Assembly: GCA_034179945.1 (NCBI GenBank)
Contig: JAXFPD010000017.1
Span: 66,238 to 130,237, forward strand
DNA: 64,000 nt
Direction: 5' to 3'
DNA from: Corynebacterium sp.
GTDB taxonomy: Bacteria > Actinomycetota > Actinomycetes > Mycobacteriales > Mycobacteriaceae
The notes beneath the pieces were generated by a model. It did not search any database. It was not told where the DNA came from and worked only from the letters and a program-made list of their open reading frames with translations. Shown piece by piece: positions 18,973 to 27,980 of the stretch. The position numbers were made by a program, and so were the translations under genes. Every line of letters begins with the position of its first letter. Positions within the stretch are counted from its first letter, which is position 1.

Positions 18973-20073
18973 GTGGACGATCATTTTCAATTCCTTGAGC
19001 ATTCCCTCGGCTCCCTGACCACCACCGCAGGCACCGACCTCGGTGCCGTCACCGCCGTCGCCCCCGAGGCCGTTGTGCGCACCCGCAGACGCATCAACGT
19101 GGACGAACTGGAACAGGGCGTCCTCGCCGGCCAACGCACCCTCATCGCCCGGGCGATCACCCTCCTGGAATCGACCGCCCCCGCCCACCACGTGCTCGCC
19201 CAAGAGCTCCTCGTCCGCCTCCTCCCGCACGCGGGGAAGGCCCTGCGTGTGGGCATCACCGGCGTGCCCGGTGTAGGCAAATCCACCTTCATTGAGGCCC
19301 TCGGCATGAAACTCATCGAGGAGGGCCACCGGGTGGCTGTCCTCGCCATCGACCCGTCCTCAACGAAGACGCGCGGCTCCATCCTCGGCGACAAGACCCG
19401 CATGGCTAAGCTCTCCACCTCGAACAAGGCCTTCATCCGCCCCTCCCCGAGCGCGGGAACCCTCGGCGGAGTGGCCAAGGCCACGCGCGAGTCCATCGTG
19501 GTCATGGAGGCCGCCGGCTATGACGTCGTCCTCATCGAAACAGTCGGTGTGGGCCAGTCGGAGGTCGCCGTCTCCCAGATGGTGGACACCTTCACCTTCC
19601 TCGCCCTCGCCGGTGCCGGCGATCAGCTCCAGGGGATTAAAAAAGGCGTGCTGGAGATGGCAGACCTCGTCGCCATCAACAAGGCCGACGGGGCCAACCT
19701 GCGCAACGCCAAGCGAGCGGCCCGCGAACTCGGGGCCGCGATGCGGATGGTGCGCTCACCGGACGAGAACTGGGATCCGCCGGTGATGACAATGAGCGCC
19801 GTCGAACACACCGGCATGGACGAGTTCTGGGAGACCGTGGAGAAGCACCACGCGGCGATGGTTGCCTCCGGGCGCTTCGAGTCCGCCCGGCGCGACCAGC
19901 AGGTCGGCTGGATGTGGCAGATGGTCCACGAGACCCTCCTGTCCCGGCTCAACCAATCCCCAGCGGTGCAGGAGACCGCCGGGGAGATGGAACACGAGTT
20001 GCGGGCGGGGGAGGTCACCCCAACGCTGGCGGCGCAGAAGATTCTCGCGGCCTTCGATCGGGAGAAGGAGTGA
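18973..20073 (+). CDS. meaB: methylmalonyl-CoA mutase-associated G-protein chaperone (MeaB/ArgK family)
   Basis: The P-loop is GVPGVGKST, and the later motifs (IETVGVGQSE, NKAD) are typical of SIMIBI-class MeaB proteins. Confidence 0.85.
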   Translation: MDDHFQFLEHSLGSLTTTAGTDLGAVTAVAPEAVVRTRRRINVDELEQGVLAGQRTLIARAITLLESTAPAHHVLAQELLVRLLPHAGKALRVGITGVPGVGKSTFIEALGMKLIEEGHRVAVLAIDPSSTKTRGSILGDKTRMAKLSTSNKAFIRPSPSAGTLGGVAKATRESIVVMEAAGYDVVLIETVGVGQSEVAVSQMVDTFTFLALAGAGDQLQGIKKGVLEMADLVAINKADGANLRNAKRAARELGAAMRMVRSPDENWDPPVMTMSAVEHTGMDEFWETVEKHHAAMVASGRFESARRDQQVGWMWQMVHETLLSRLNQSPAVQETAGEMEHELRAGEVTPTLAAQKILAAFDREKE

Positions 20074-20083
20074 GCACAACGGC

Positions 20084-20114
20084 ACAGGCCCCCTGGTGAA
20101 ACCAGGGGGCCTGT
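20084..20114. terminator. GC-rich hairpin between convergent meaB and tRNA-Leu
   Basis: A perfect 13-bp stem (acaggccccctgg / ccagggggcctgt) flanks a 5-nt loop (tgaaa). There is no clear U-tract. Confidence 0.5.
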
Positions 20115-20118
20115 TGTG

Positions 20119-20205
20119 TGCCCGAGGGGGGACTTGAACCCCCACCTCCGTTAGTAGGAGACTAGCACCTCAAGCTAGCGCGTCTGCCAATTCCGCCACC
20201 CGGGC
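20119..20205 (-). tRNA. tRNA-Leu (anticodon GAG)
   Basis: Hand-folded from the reverse complement. The acceptor stem is GCCCGGG/CTCGGGC, the anticodon stem CTAGC/GCTAG and the loop TTGAGGT. It has a long variable arm and a T-arm of GGGGG-TTCAAGT-CCCCC. Length is 87 nt. Confidence 0.9.
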
Positions 20206-20289
20206 AAGGTGTTGTCTCGGCAACGTCGTACACTCTAGCCGGTGCCTCAGCGGTAGACAAATCGGCAGGATAGACAGTAAGAAGGAACT

Positions 20290-20838
20290 ATGACAAGTAA
20301 TCACGATTGGGCCAGCGATGCCCGTTTTGTGCGCCCCGATCCCTACACCGGGCTGGGCACACCCCCCGAGTTCACCCTCGCCTCCGCCGACTTTGAGCGT
20401 GGCACGAAAATTCCCGCCGTCCACTGTGCCCCCTCGAGTCGCTCCCCGGAGCTGCACTGGGACCCCGCACAGCTGCCTGCAAACACGATGGCTTTGGCGG
20501 TGACGTGCTTCGACCCGGACGCCCCCACCCTGTCCGGGTACTGGCACTGGGCGGCGTTCAACCTGCCCGCCACCCTCACCTCGATTCCCGCCGGTGCCGG
20601 TTCTGATGCTTCGCTCGGGATGAACGGGGTGGTTTCATTGCGCAACGATGCAGGCTCCCGCCAGTACTACGGACCCCAGCCCCCGGCCGGCCACGGGCCG
20701 CACCGCTACCTGTTTGCGGTGCACGCCCTGGACAACCTGCTCCAGATCCCGGCGGAAGCAACACCCACCGTGCTCAGCTTCAACCTCTTCTTCCACACCC
20801 TCGCCCGGGGTGTGACGTGGGGCTGGATGGAGAACTAG
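20290..20838 (+). CDS. YbhB/YbcL family phosphatidylethanolamine-binding (Raf kinase inhibitor-like) protein
   Basis: PEBP signature segments are present: CFDPDAP...GYWHW and GPQPPAGHGPHRYLFAVHAL. Confidence 0.85.
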   Translation: MTSNHDWASDARFVRPDPYTGLGTPPEFTLASADFERGTKIPAVHCAPSSRSPELHWDPAQLPANTMALAVTCFDPDAPTLSGYWHWAAFNLPATLTSIPAGAGSDASLGMNGVVSLRNDAGSRQYYGPQPPAGHGPHRYLFAVHALDNLLQIPAEATPTVLSFNLFFHTLARGVTWGWMEN

Positions 20839-21953
20839 GCGGGCAGATACGGCAGGCCAGAGCCCACGGCCGCACTGATGGTGTCCAAGCCGTGGGCGCG
20901 GACCTGGCGGGCGAGGTCGCGGTGGATATCCCCGATGAGGTCGGGGCCACCGTAGATAAACGCCGTGTAGACCTGCACGAGCGAGGCGCCAGCGGCAATG
21001 CGCTCCCAGGCGTCGCGGCCGGAGGAGATGCCGCCCACCCCGATGAGGGTGAGCAGGTCGCCGACACGGCTGCGCAGGCGGGTGAGGACGGCGAGGGCGC
21101 GCGGTGCGAGAACCGGCCCGGAGAGCCCCCCAGCCCCTATCGCCTCCACCTTCGCGGCCGGTGTGGTGAGGCCGTCGCGCGTGATCGTCGTGTTCGTGGC
21201 GATGATGCCCGCCAACTCCAGCTCGAGCGCCATCTCCGCCACCGCATCGATGTCCTCATCGGCGAGGTCGGGGGCGATTTTCACGAATACGGGCAGCTCG
21301 GAATTGTCCTTCACCACCTGCATGATCGGGGCGAGGGACTCCACCGCCTGCAGATCGCGCAACCCGGGAGTATTCGGAGAGGAGACGTTGACCACCACAT
21401 AGTCGGCCAACTCCTTCCGTGCGAGAAGGCGAGCAGAGGTGCGGTAGTCATCGACCGCCTTCTCCAGCGGCACGACCTTGGTCTTGCCAATGTTGATCCC
21501 CACGACACTGTCTCCGCGACGGGCCAGGTTGCGGGCAGCTGCGGCCGCCCCGTGGTTGTTAAACCCCATCCGGTTAATAATCGCATGGTCCGCGGGCAGG
21601 CGGAAGAGCCGCGGGGTGGGGTTGCCCGGCTGGGCGGAGGCGGTGACGGTGCCCAACTCCGCAAAGCCGAAGCCGAAGGCGCTCCACACGTTGGCGGAGC
21701 GGGCATCCTTATCAAAGCCGGCCGCCAACCCGACCGGGCGCGGCACGCTCACCCCACACACGTTCTGGGTGAGGAGTTTCGCATCCTCTGGGTCGAGCTC
21801 GAACAGGCGCGCAATCCCGGCCCGCACCGGCGCTGCCGCCTGGAGGAGGGGGGTTGACCCGGTGACGAGGTGGTGGATGCGCTCCGGATCGATCCGGAAC
21901 ATGCCCGCCAGTGCCAGCTGGTAGAGCTGTTTTCTCAGGGCGTGGGTGCTCAC
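20835..21953 (-). CDS. pyrD: quinone-dependent dihydroorotate dehydrogenase (class 2)
   Basis: Typical PyrD blocks are present: GLAAGFDKDA, NRMGFNN, NVSSPNTPGLR and GGISS. The GTG start overlaps the upstream stop as GTGA. Confidence 0.9.
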   Translation of the reverse strand: MSTHALRKQLYQLALAGMFRIDPERIHHLVTGSTPLLQAAAPVRAGIARLFELDPEDAKLLTQNVCGVSVPRPVGLAAGFDKDARSANVWSAFGFGFAELGTVTASAQPGNPTPRLFRLPADHAIINRMGFNNHGAAAAARNLARRGDSVVGINIGKTKVVPLEKAVDDYRTSARLLARKELADYVVVNVSSPNTPGLRDLQAVESLAPIMQVVKDNSELPVFVKIAPDLADEDIDAVAEMALELELAGIIATNTTITRDGLTTPAAKVEAIGAGGLSGPVLAPRALAVLTRLRSRVGDLLTLIGVGGISSGRDAWERIAAGASLVQVYTAFIYGGPDLIGDIHRDLARQVRAHGLDTISAAVGSGLPYLPA

Positions 21954-22972
21954 TGCTCAATCACCTCCAGGCCCGCCCCGGAAGCCGAGCCGACGACGAG
22001 CGTGCCGTTCGGCAGCACCGTGAGGAACTGGGCGTCGGCAATGGTGCGGTGCGACTGGGCCTGTACCGGGGTGCCGGTGGCCAGGGAATAGCCGACGAGC
22101 TGATTCGTGGACAGGGAGCTCACCCAGGCGAGCTGATGCGCCGCATCCCACCCCACAGCCCACGGGGTGGCCACGATCTTCTCCTGCTGGTGGAGGCGGA
22201 TGACATCAAAGTCGTTGTACACCAACAGCTGTTCACCGTACGTGTCGGTGGCGAGGAGGAAACCGCCCTCACCGGCGGCCATATCCGCCACCCCGAGCCC
22301 GGCGCGCAGGGAGGCACCGATCGTCGGCTTCGCGTAGATCACCTCGGTGATCTTCGTCTGATCCTGGTTCATCGTCACCACCACATCGGGCTGATTCGGG
22401 CGGGTGATGACGGCCAGCGCGCTACTCGTCGCCTTGAAGTCCACGCTTGTGTGTTTCGCCCCATCCGGGCTGATCGTCTCAATGACGGTGTCCTCATCAC
22501 TCGAGGCGACGACGACATCATCGGAGGTGACCACCGCGTTCGTGGCCGCAATCTCCGCAGTGCGGGTGGTATCGAGGTTCGGGGAGGTCGGCTCGATGAG
22601 GTAGATCGTTGCCTGCGCCTCCCCGGTCGGACACGCCACGACGAACGTGTTCGAGGCCGCAGTCACCTCCCCGCAGGTCTCCGGGAGCGGAAGCTGCGTG
22701 CTCGCATTCGTGCGCACCTGCTCGACGGTACCCACCCGCAGCTGCCCGCCAACCTGGACGGCGAGCACCTCACCCACGTTCGTCAGCCCCGTCACCGGGC
22801 CGGGAAGCTCAATGAGCATGCCTTCCGGGTCAATGGCTGGGGGAGAGGCAACGGCAGTGGCCACCCCCATCTGGGCGACCTCCTCATTGTTGTTTACCTG
22901 CAGCTGGTCCTTGGCGCAGCCGCCCAGCACGAGGCTCGCGGCGAGAACGGGGATGAGAAACACGTTTTTCAC
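21950..22972 (-). CDS. putative lipoprotein, possibly beta-propeller-like, function unknown
   Basis: The N-terminus (MKNVFLIPVLAASLVLGGC) is a signal peptide with a lipobox. The gene is translationally coupled to pyrD. I recognise no catalytic motif. Confidence 0.55.
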   Translation of the reverse strand: MKNVFLIPVLAASLVLGGCAKDQLQVNNNEEVAQMGVATAVASPPAIDPEGMLIELPGPVTGLTNVGEVLAVQVGGQLRVGTVEQVRTNASTQLPLPETCGEVTAASNTFVVACPTGEAQATIYLIEPTSPNLDTTRTAEIAATNAVVTSDDVVVASSDEDTVIETISPDGAKHTSVDFKATSSALAVITRPNQPDVVVTMNQDQTKITEVIYAKPTIGASLRAGLGVADMAAGEGGFLLATDTYGEQLLVYNDFDVIRLHQQEKIVATPWAVGWDAAHQLAWVSSLSTNQLVGYSLATGTPVQAQSHRTIADAQFLTVLPNGTLVVGSASGAGLEVIEQ

Positions 22973-23008
22973 GCTGATTAGGCTACCATCGTGCGGGTGG
23001 AATCTGTT

Positions 23009-23833
23009 ATGAGTTGGACCCAGGTGGTCGTGCTGGCCATCGTTCAGGGGTTAACGGAGTTTCTGCCCGTCTCCTCCTCGGGCCATCTGCGCATCATCAG
23101 CTCCCTCTTCTTCGGGGTGGACGCCGGTGCCTCCTTCACCGCCGTCATCCAGCTGGGAACTGAGGCGGCTGTCCTCGTCTACTTCTTCCGCGAGATCCTC
23201 ACGATCATCGCCGCCTGGTTTGTCGGCCTGGTGAACCGGGACAAGCGGGGCCTCAACTACCGGATGGGGTGGATGGTCATCATCGGCACCATTCCCGTCG
23301 GGGTGCTCGGGTTTGTGGGCAAGGACCTTATCCGGGAGGCCCTGCGCAACCTGTGGATCACCGCCGCAGTCCTGCTCATCTTCTCCTTCGTCTTCATCTG
23401 GGCGGAGCGGGTGGGCTCGAAGCAGCGCGCCTATGAGGAGCTGACGATGAAGGATGCGATCCTCATGGGGCTGGCCCAATGCCTCGCCCTCATTCCCGGG
23501 GTCTCCCGCTCCGGCGGCACGGTCTCGGCGGGGTTGTTCCTCGGCCTCGACCGGGCTGTGGCGACGAAATTCTCCTTCCTGTTGGCCATCCCCGCCGTCG
23601 TGGCCAGTGGCCTGTTCTCCCTGCCGGACGCCTTCGCCCCGCAGGCCGGTCAGGCCGCCACGGGGAGCCAGCTCATCGTGGGCACACTCATCGCCTTTGT
23701 CCTCGGCTACGCCTCCATTGCGTGGCTGCTCCGCTTTGTCGCCCACCACTCCTTCGCCTGGTTTGCCGCCTACCGGATCCCCGTTGCTGTGCTCGTCATG
23801 GGGCTGCTGGCATTCGGGGTACTCGCCCCATAG
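23009..23833 (+). CDS. uppP: undecaprenyl-diphosphate phosphatase
   Basis: The BacA signature [14 protein letters not shown] is present, along with PGVSRSG and multiple TM helices. Confidence 0.9.
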   Translation: MSWTQVVVLAIVQGLTEFLPVSSSGHLRIISSLFFGVDAGASFTAVIQLGTEAAVLVYFFREILTIIAAWFVGLVNRDKRGLNYRMGWMVIIGTIPVGVLGFVGKDLIREALRNLWITAAVLLIFSFVFIWAERVGSKQRAYEELTMKDAILMGLAQCLALIPGVSRSGGTVSAGLFLGLDRAVATKFSFLLAIPAVVASGLFSLPDAFAPQAGQAATGSQLIVGTLIAFVLGYASIAWLLRFVAHHSFAWFAAYRIPVAVLVMGLLAFGVLAP

Positions 23834-23842
23834 AATGGCCCC

Positions 23843-25114
23843 ATGCATCCGTGGCCGTCCCCGCACCTCGACCCTGTCCCCGGCACCCCGGTGCCGCTGC
23901 GCCTCTACTCCTCACACACCCAATCGGTGACGGAGGTCCGCGTGGGCGACGGGTCCACGGCGCGGGTGTACGTGTGTGGCATCACCCCGTACGATGCTAC
24001 CCACCTTGGCCATGCGGCAACGTACCTCACCTTTGACCTCATCAACCGGATGCTTCTGGATAACGGTTACCGGCTCCACTATGTGCAAAACGTCACCGAT
24101 GCGGACGATCCGCTCTTTGAACGCGCCGCGCGCGACGGGGTGGACTGGCGGGAGCTGGCCGACTCCCAGATTGCCCTCTTTGCACAGGATATGACGGCGC
24201 TGTCGGTGATCGCCCCGGATGACTATGTGAGCATTGATGATGCTGTTGGCGATGTCATCGCGACGACCCGCCAGCTCGTCGAGGCAGGGGTGGCCTATGT
24301 GCTCGACGATCCGGTCTACCCGGATGTGTATGCCAGTGTTGATGCCACCTCCCAGTTTGGCTACGAGTCCCAGCTCAGCCGCGAGGAGATGCTACCGCTG
24401 TTCGTCGAACGCGGGGGCGATCCCGACCGGCCGGGCAAACGCAACCGGCTCGACGCCCTGCTGTGGCGGGTGGAGCGCGACCGTGCGGAGACGGATGTGG
24501 CCGAGCCCGCGTGGGACTCCCCGTGGGGGCGGGGCCGACCCGGCTGGCACATTGAATGCGCCGCCATTGCGCAGCGCTACCTCGGGGTGCCGTTTGACAT
24601 TCAGGGCGGCGGCAGTGATCTGGTGTTTCCCCACCACGAGTTCTCTGCTGCCCACGTCGAGGCGGCGACCGGGGTGGCGCAGATGGCCGGTCACTATGTG
24701 CACACGGGCATGATCGGGTTGGGCGGGACAAAGATGAGCAAGTCCCTCGGCAACCTCGTCTTCGTCCACGAGCTCCTCGCCGACGGGGTCGATCCCAGTG
24801 CGATCCGCCTCGCCATTGTCGCCGACCACTACCGGTGTGACCGTGACTTTTCGCAGGCGCGGTTGGCGGAGGCGTCGGCACGCCTGGACCGGTGGCGCGC
24901 AGCCGTGCAGCTCGCCTGCGATGAGGAGGCTGCCCACGCGCTTGTGGCGGCGATCCGGGAGCGGTTGGCCTGCGATCTCGACACCCCGGGGATGATCGAT
25001 GCCGTCGACACGTGGGCCGATGCCACCATCGCCGGCGGTGACCGGCAGCCGGGGGAGGGCGGGCACCTCGTAGCGCATGGACTGCGCGCCCTCACGGGGA
25101 TTGACCTAGGATAG
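23843..25114 (+). CDS. mshC: cysteine:1D-myo-inosityl 2-amino-2-deoxy-alpha-D-glucopyranoside ligase (mycothiol synthesis)
   Basis: This is a CysRS-like class I enzyme with HIGH-type (ATHLGHA) and KMSKS motifs but no anticodon-binding extension. At about 420 aa, the length is typical of MshC. Confidence 0.85.
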   Translation: MHPWPSPHLDPVPGTPVPLRLYSSHTQSVTEVRVGDGSTARVYVCGITPYDATHLGHAATYLTFDLINRMLLDNGYRLHYVQNVTDADDPLFERAARDGVDWRELADSQIALFAQDMTALSVIAPDDYVSIDDAVGDVIATTRQLVEAGVAYVLDDPVYPDVYASVDATSQFGYESQLSREEMLPLFVERGGDPDRPGKRNRLDALLWRVERDRAETDVAEPAWDSPWGRGRPGWHIECAAIAQRYLGVPFDIQGGGSDLVFPHHEFSAAHVEAATGVAQMAGHYVHTGMIGLGGTKMSKSLGNLVFVHELLADGVDPSAIRLAIVADHYRCDRDFSQARLAEASARLDRWRAAVQLACDEEAAHALVAAIRERLACDLDTPGMIDAVDTWADATIAGGDRQPGEGGHLVAHGLRALTGIDLG

Positions 25115-25118
25115 AGCC

Positions 25119-25484
25119 ATGGCGATCACTGACGATATCGACGAATTCTTTGCCACCCTCACCAGCTACGCAACCGGCTCCTACCTCCGCGACGACGAAC
25201 GCACCTGGTGGGACGCCCCCTTCGACGTCGCCGTCCTCCCGCAGCTGCGCGCCATTGTTGACGAATTCGTCGCCGTCATGCAGGCCATCGAACCGAACGA
25301 GGAGGCCGTCCATGCCGCCGTCACCCGCTTTGAGGAGGAGATCACCGCCTTCAACGCGGAGAACGGCTACGCGGTCATCGAGCCGGAAGAGGCTGCGGAC
25401 CTCCGCCTCATTGTGAAGAAGGTCCTGCGCCTCGCCCACGTCGACGGCGCCTACATCAACTCGCTCGAATTCCTCGAGGAGTAA
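25119..25484 (+). CDS. acidic hypothetical protein (121 aa)
   Basis: The ORF starts 4 nt after the mshC stop and is probably co-transcribed with it. I recognise no motif. Confidence 0.5.
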   Translation: MAITDDIDEFFATLTSYATGSYLRDDERTWWDAPFDVAVLPQLRAIVDEFVAVMQAIEPNEEAVHAAVTRFEEEITAFNAENGYAVIEPEEAADLRLIVKKVLRLAHVDGAYINSLEFLEE

Positions 25485-25490
25485 GCCGGC

Positions 25491-26336
25491 CTAGAGGCGG
25501 GCGATGCGAATATCGGTGGCGAGAATACCGGTCGCCCCGAGCGCAGACAGCTCATCCATAATCTGATTCGCCTCCCGGCGCGGTACCAACGCCCGCACCG
25601 CCACCCACTCCGGGTGATTGAGCGGGGAGATCGTCGGGCCGGAAATGCCCGGGGTGAGGGCTGTCATCTCCGCGAGCTTCTCCCGGGGGGAGTTGTAGTC
25701 GAGCATGAGATAGTTGCGGGCGTGGAGGATCCCCGCGAGCCGACGCAACAGCACCTGGTGCTCGGCGGTGAGCTCACGGCCCGCCCGGGCCACCACGACC
25801 GCCTCGGAGCTGATGAGCGGCTCCCCGAACGGGGCCAACCCCTGCTCGCGCAGGGTGCGCCCGGTGGAGACGACATCGGCGATGACATCGGCGACACCGA
25901 GCTTGATGGAAATCTCCACCGCCCCATCGAGGCGGATGACCGTCGCCTCCTGACCTCGGGAGGCGAGGTCACGGCGGACGAGGTTGGGGTAGGAGGTGGC
26001 GATGCGCTTGCCGGCGAGATCGTCCACGCTCCACTGCTCATTCACCGGTGCCGCATAGCGGAAGGTGGAGCCGCCGAAACCCAAATCCATCACCTCGGTG
26101 ACATCTGCCTGGGAGTCGAGGGCGAGATCACGACCGGTGATGCCGAGGTCAAGCAACCCTCCGGCGACGTAGATGGCGATGTCCTTCGGGCGCAGGTAAT
26201 AGAACTCGACATTGTTCGTTCGGTCGAGGACGGTGAGGGTTTTCGCGTCCGTCCGCGACGTGTAGCCAGCCTCGGCGAGGATTTCCTGCGCCGTCGCATT
26301 GAGGGAGCCCTTATTGGGAACAGCGATCTTCAACAT
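25491..26336 (-). CDS. hisG: ATP phosphoribosyltransferase (long form)
   Basis: The product begins [12 protein letters not shown] and includes the C-terminal regulatory domain. Confidence 0.9.
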   Translation of the reverse strand: MLKIAVPNKGSLNATAQEILAEAGYTSRTDAKTLTVLDRTNNVEFYYLRPKDIAIYVAGGLLDLGITGRDLALDSQADVTEVMDLGFGGSTFRYAAPVNEQWSVDDLAGKRIATSYPNLVRRDLASRGQEATVIRLDGAVEISIKLGVADVIADVVSTGRTLREQGLAPFGEPLISSEAVVVARAGRELTAEHQVLLRRLAGILHARNYLMLDYNSPREKLAEMTALTPGISGPTISPLNHPEWVAVRALVPRREANQIMDELSALGATGILATDIRIARL

Positions 26337-26353
26337 GATGGTGTACGACTCCT

Positions 26354-26617
26354 CTACAGGTACCTGTAGATATCCTCGGGGGTCAACCCCCGGGCCACCA
26401 TCATCACCTGCGACCAGTACAGCAGCTGGGAGATCTCCTCGGCGAGTTCCTCGTCGGACTGGTATTCACCGGCGAGCCACACCTCCCCGGCCTCTTCGAT
26501 CACCTTCTTGCCAATGGTGTGGACACCGGCGTCGAGAGCGGCGACGGTGGCCGAACCCTCCGGGCGCTCAGCGGCCCGGGAGGACAGTTCTGCAAAGAGG
26601 GAATCGAAGTTTTTCAT
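26354..26617 (-). CDS. hisE: phosphoribosyl-ATP diphosphatase
   Basis: The 87-aa MazG-like product begins [12 protein letters not shown] and includes [11 protein letters not shown] used an internal ATG of ORF 26354..26713. Confidence 0.9.
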   Translation of the reverse strand: MKNFDSLFAELSSRAAERPEGSATVAALDAGVHTIGKKVIEEAGEVWLAGEYQSDEELAEEISQLLYWSQVMMVARGLTPEDIYRYL

Positions 26618-26663
26618 GGTGGCATTGTGCCACACCACCACCGGCGAGGCGAACTCACCTACC

Positions 26664-27962
26664 TCAGGCCACCGCACCCATCGGATCCCACGCAGGCAGA
26701 TGGATGGGCGCATCCGTCAGATGGCTGGCCAGCTCCGCAGGGAGGATAGCGCGGGGCACGGCGATGGCGAAGACGTACTCGTCGAACCACGAGTCATTCA
26801 TCGTCCAAAAACCCTTATCCGCCTGTTCCGTGCCCCACGAGTTCTCCACCCGCCAGCGGCCAGCGACCGCGTCATAGCCGGTGAACACCATGGCGTGGCT
26901 CATCAGCGAATCCCCCGTCTCAATGCGTTCCCGCTTTGTCATGTCCATCTTCACCCCGTAGAACTCCGAGAACTGGAGCATGTGGGCATCCCACGTGCCG
27001 GAGTCCCGGTCCGATTGGGCGAGGGTATCGCAGCCAAACCAGACGGGTCGGCCGGCATCGAGCGAGGTGCGCACCATCTTCCGCATCGCCTCCGGTGTCG
27101 CATTGAGGTAGAGCACGGACGGGTCGGCGCCGACGATGTTGCCGAGGTAGTCCACGGTGAGCATGTCGCCGGGAGCGTGGCGGGGATCGTGCACAACGGT
27201 GACAAAGGTGTCCAGATCAGCGGGCAGATACGTGGCGGCGAACTGCTGCGGGGTGAGGGTGTCCTCCCGGTGGAACGTGGAGTCCTTATCCCGGTACTGC
27301 CAGCTGAACTCCCTCGGCGGGGTGCCGAGGTGAATGAGGAGAATCCGATACACGGTGGCAAGGGTGGTCTCGATGATCGCGTCGGTATCGCCGGCGGCCG
27401 CGTGGCGGATATCCATCGCCGCCTGCCGCAGCACCGTTGCCAGATCCCGGTTGAGCAGACGGGTGTGGGAGGACGAATAGGTCTCCGGCATCGCCGTCTT
27501 CGGAACCGCCCCGTATTTGGCGATGAGTCCGGCAAACATATCCCACTGGCCGCCATCCTCAATGGGGGTTTTCAGCAGGAAGTCAACGGTGCGGTCGGTG
27601 AGCGGGCGTGGTGCCAACTCCACCATCGCCTGGAGGAAGTAGTTGGACTTCTCCAACTTGTCCCAGAAGTGAATGTAGGCCTGGGACAACTCGAGGTCCT
27701 TCTGTCCGGTGGTACCCATGACCGAGGCCCGGAGCATGTTGAGGCCAGAGAAAATCCAGCACCGCCCGGACTTCTGCTGATCAGTGGCCCCCCACTCGTC
27801 GAGTTTCACCTCCACCGAGGGATCGGTGCGGGAGAGCACCGTACGGTTGCGCACCACCGAGGCAATCGGGGTGGCGGCAACGGCGTTGCGGGCAATGCGG
27901 AAGCCGCGATCGGCCTGTAGGGCAGCGCCGAGATCAGTGACATGTGATGGTTCAAGATTCAT
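26664..27962 (-). CDS. pepC: C1B family cysteine aminopeptidase (PepC / bleomycin hydrolase-like), copy 1
   Basis: The catalytic Cys (QKSGRCW), His ([10 protein letters not shown]) and Asn (VENSWG) are all present. The C-terminus is the canonical ...WDPMGAVA. Confidence 0.85.
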   Translation of the reverse strand: MNLEPSHVTDLGAALQADRGFRIARNAVAATPIASVVRNRTVLSRTDPSVEVKLDEWGATDQQKSGRCWIFSGLNMLRASVMGTTGQKDLELSQAYIHFWDKLEKSNYFLQAMVELAPRPLTDRTVDFLLKTPIEDGGQWDMFAGLIAKYGAVPKTAMPETYSSSHTRLLNRDLATVLRQAAMDIRHAAAGDTDAIIETTLATVYRILLIHLGTPPREFSWQYRDKDSTFHREDTLTPQQFAATYLPADLDTFVTVVHDPRHAPGDMLTVDYLGNIVGADPSVLYLNATPEAMRKMVRTSLDAGRPVWFGCDTLAQSDRDSGTWDAHMLQFSEFYGVKMDMTKRERIETGDSLMSHAMVFTGYDAVAGRWRVENSWGTEQADKGFWTMNDSWFDEYVFAIAVPRAILPAELASHLTDAPIHLPAWDPMGAVA

Positions 27963-27980
27963 GATGGCTCCTCCTCGCAC

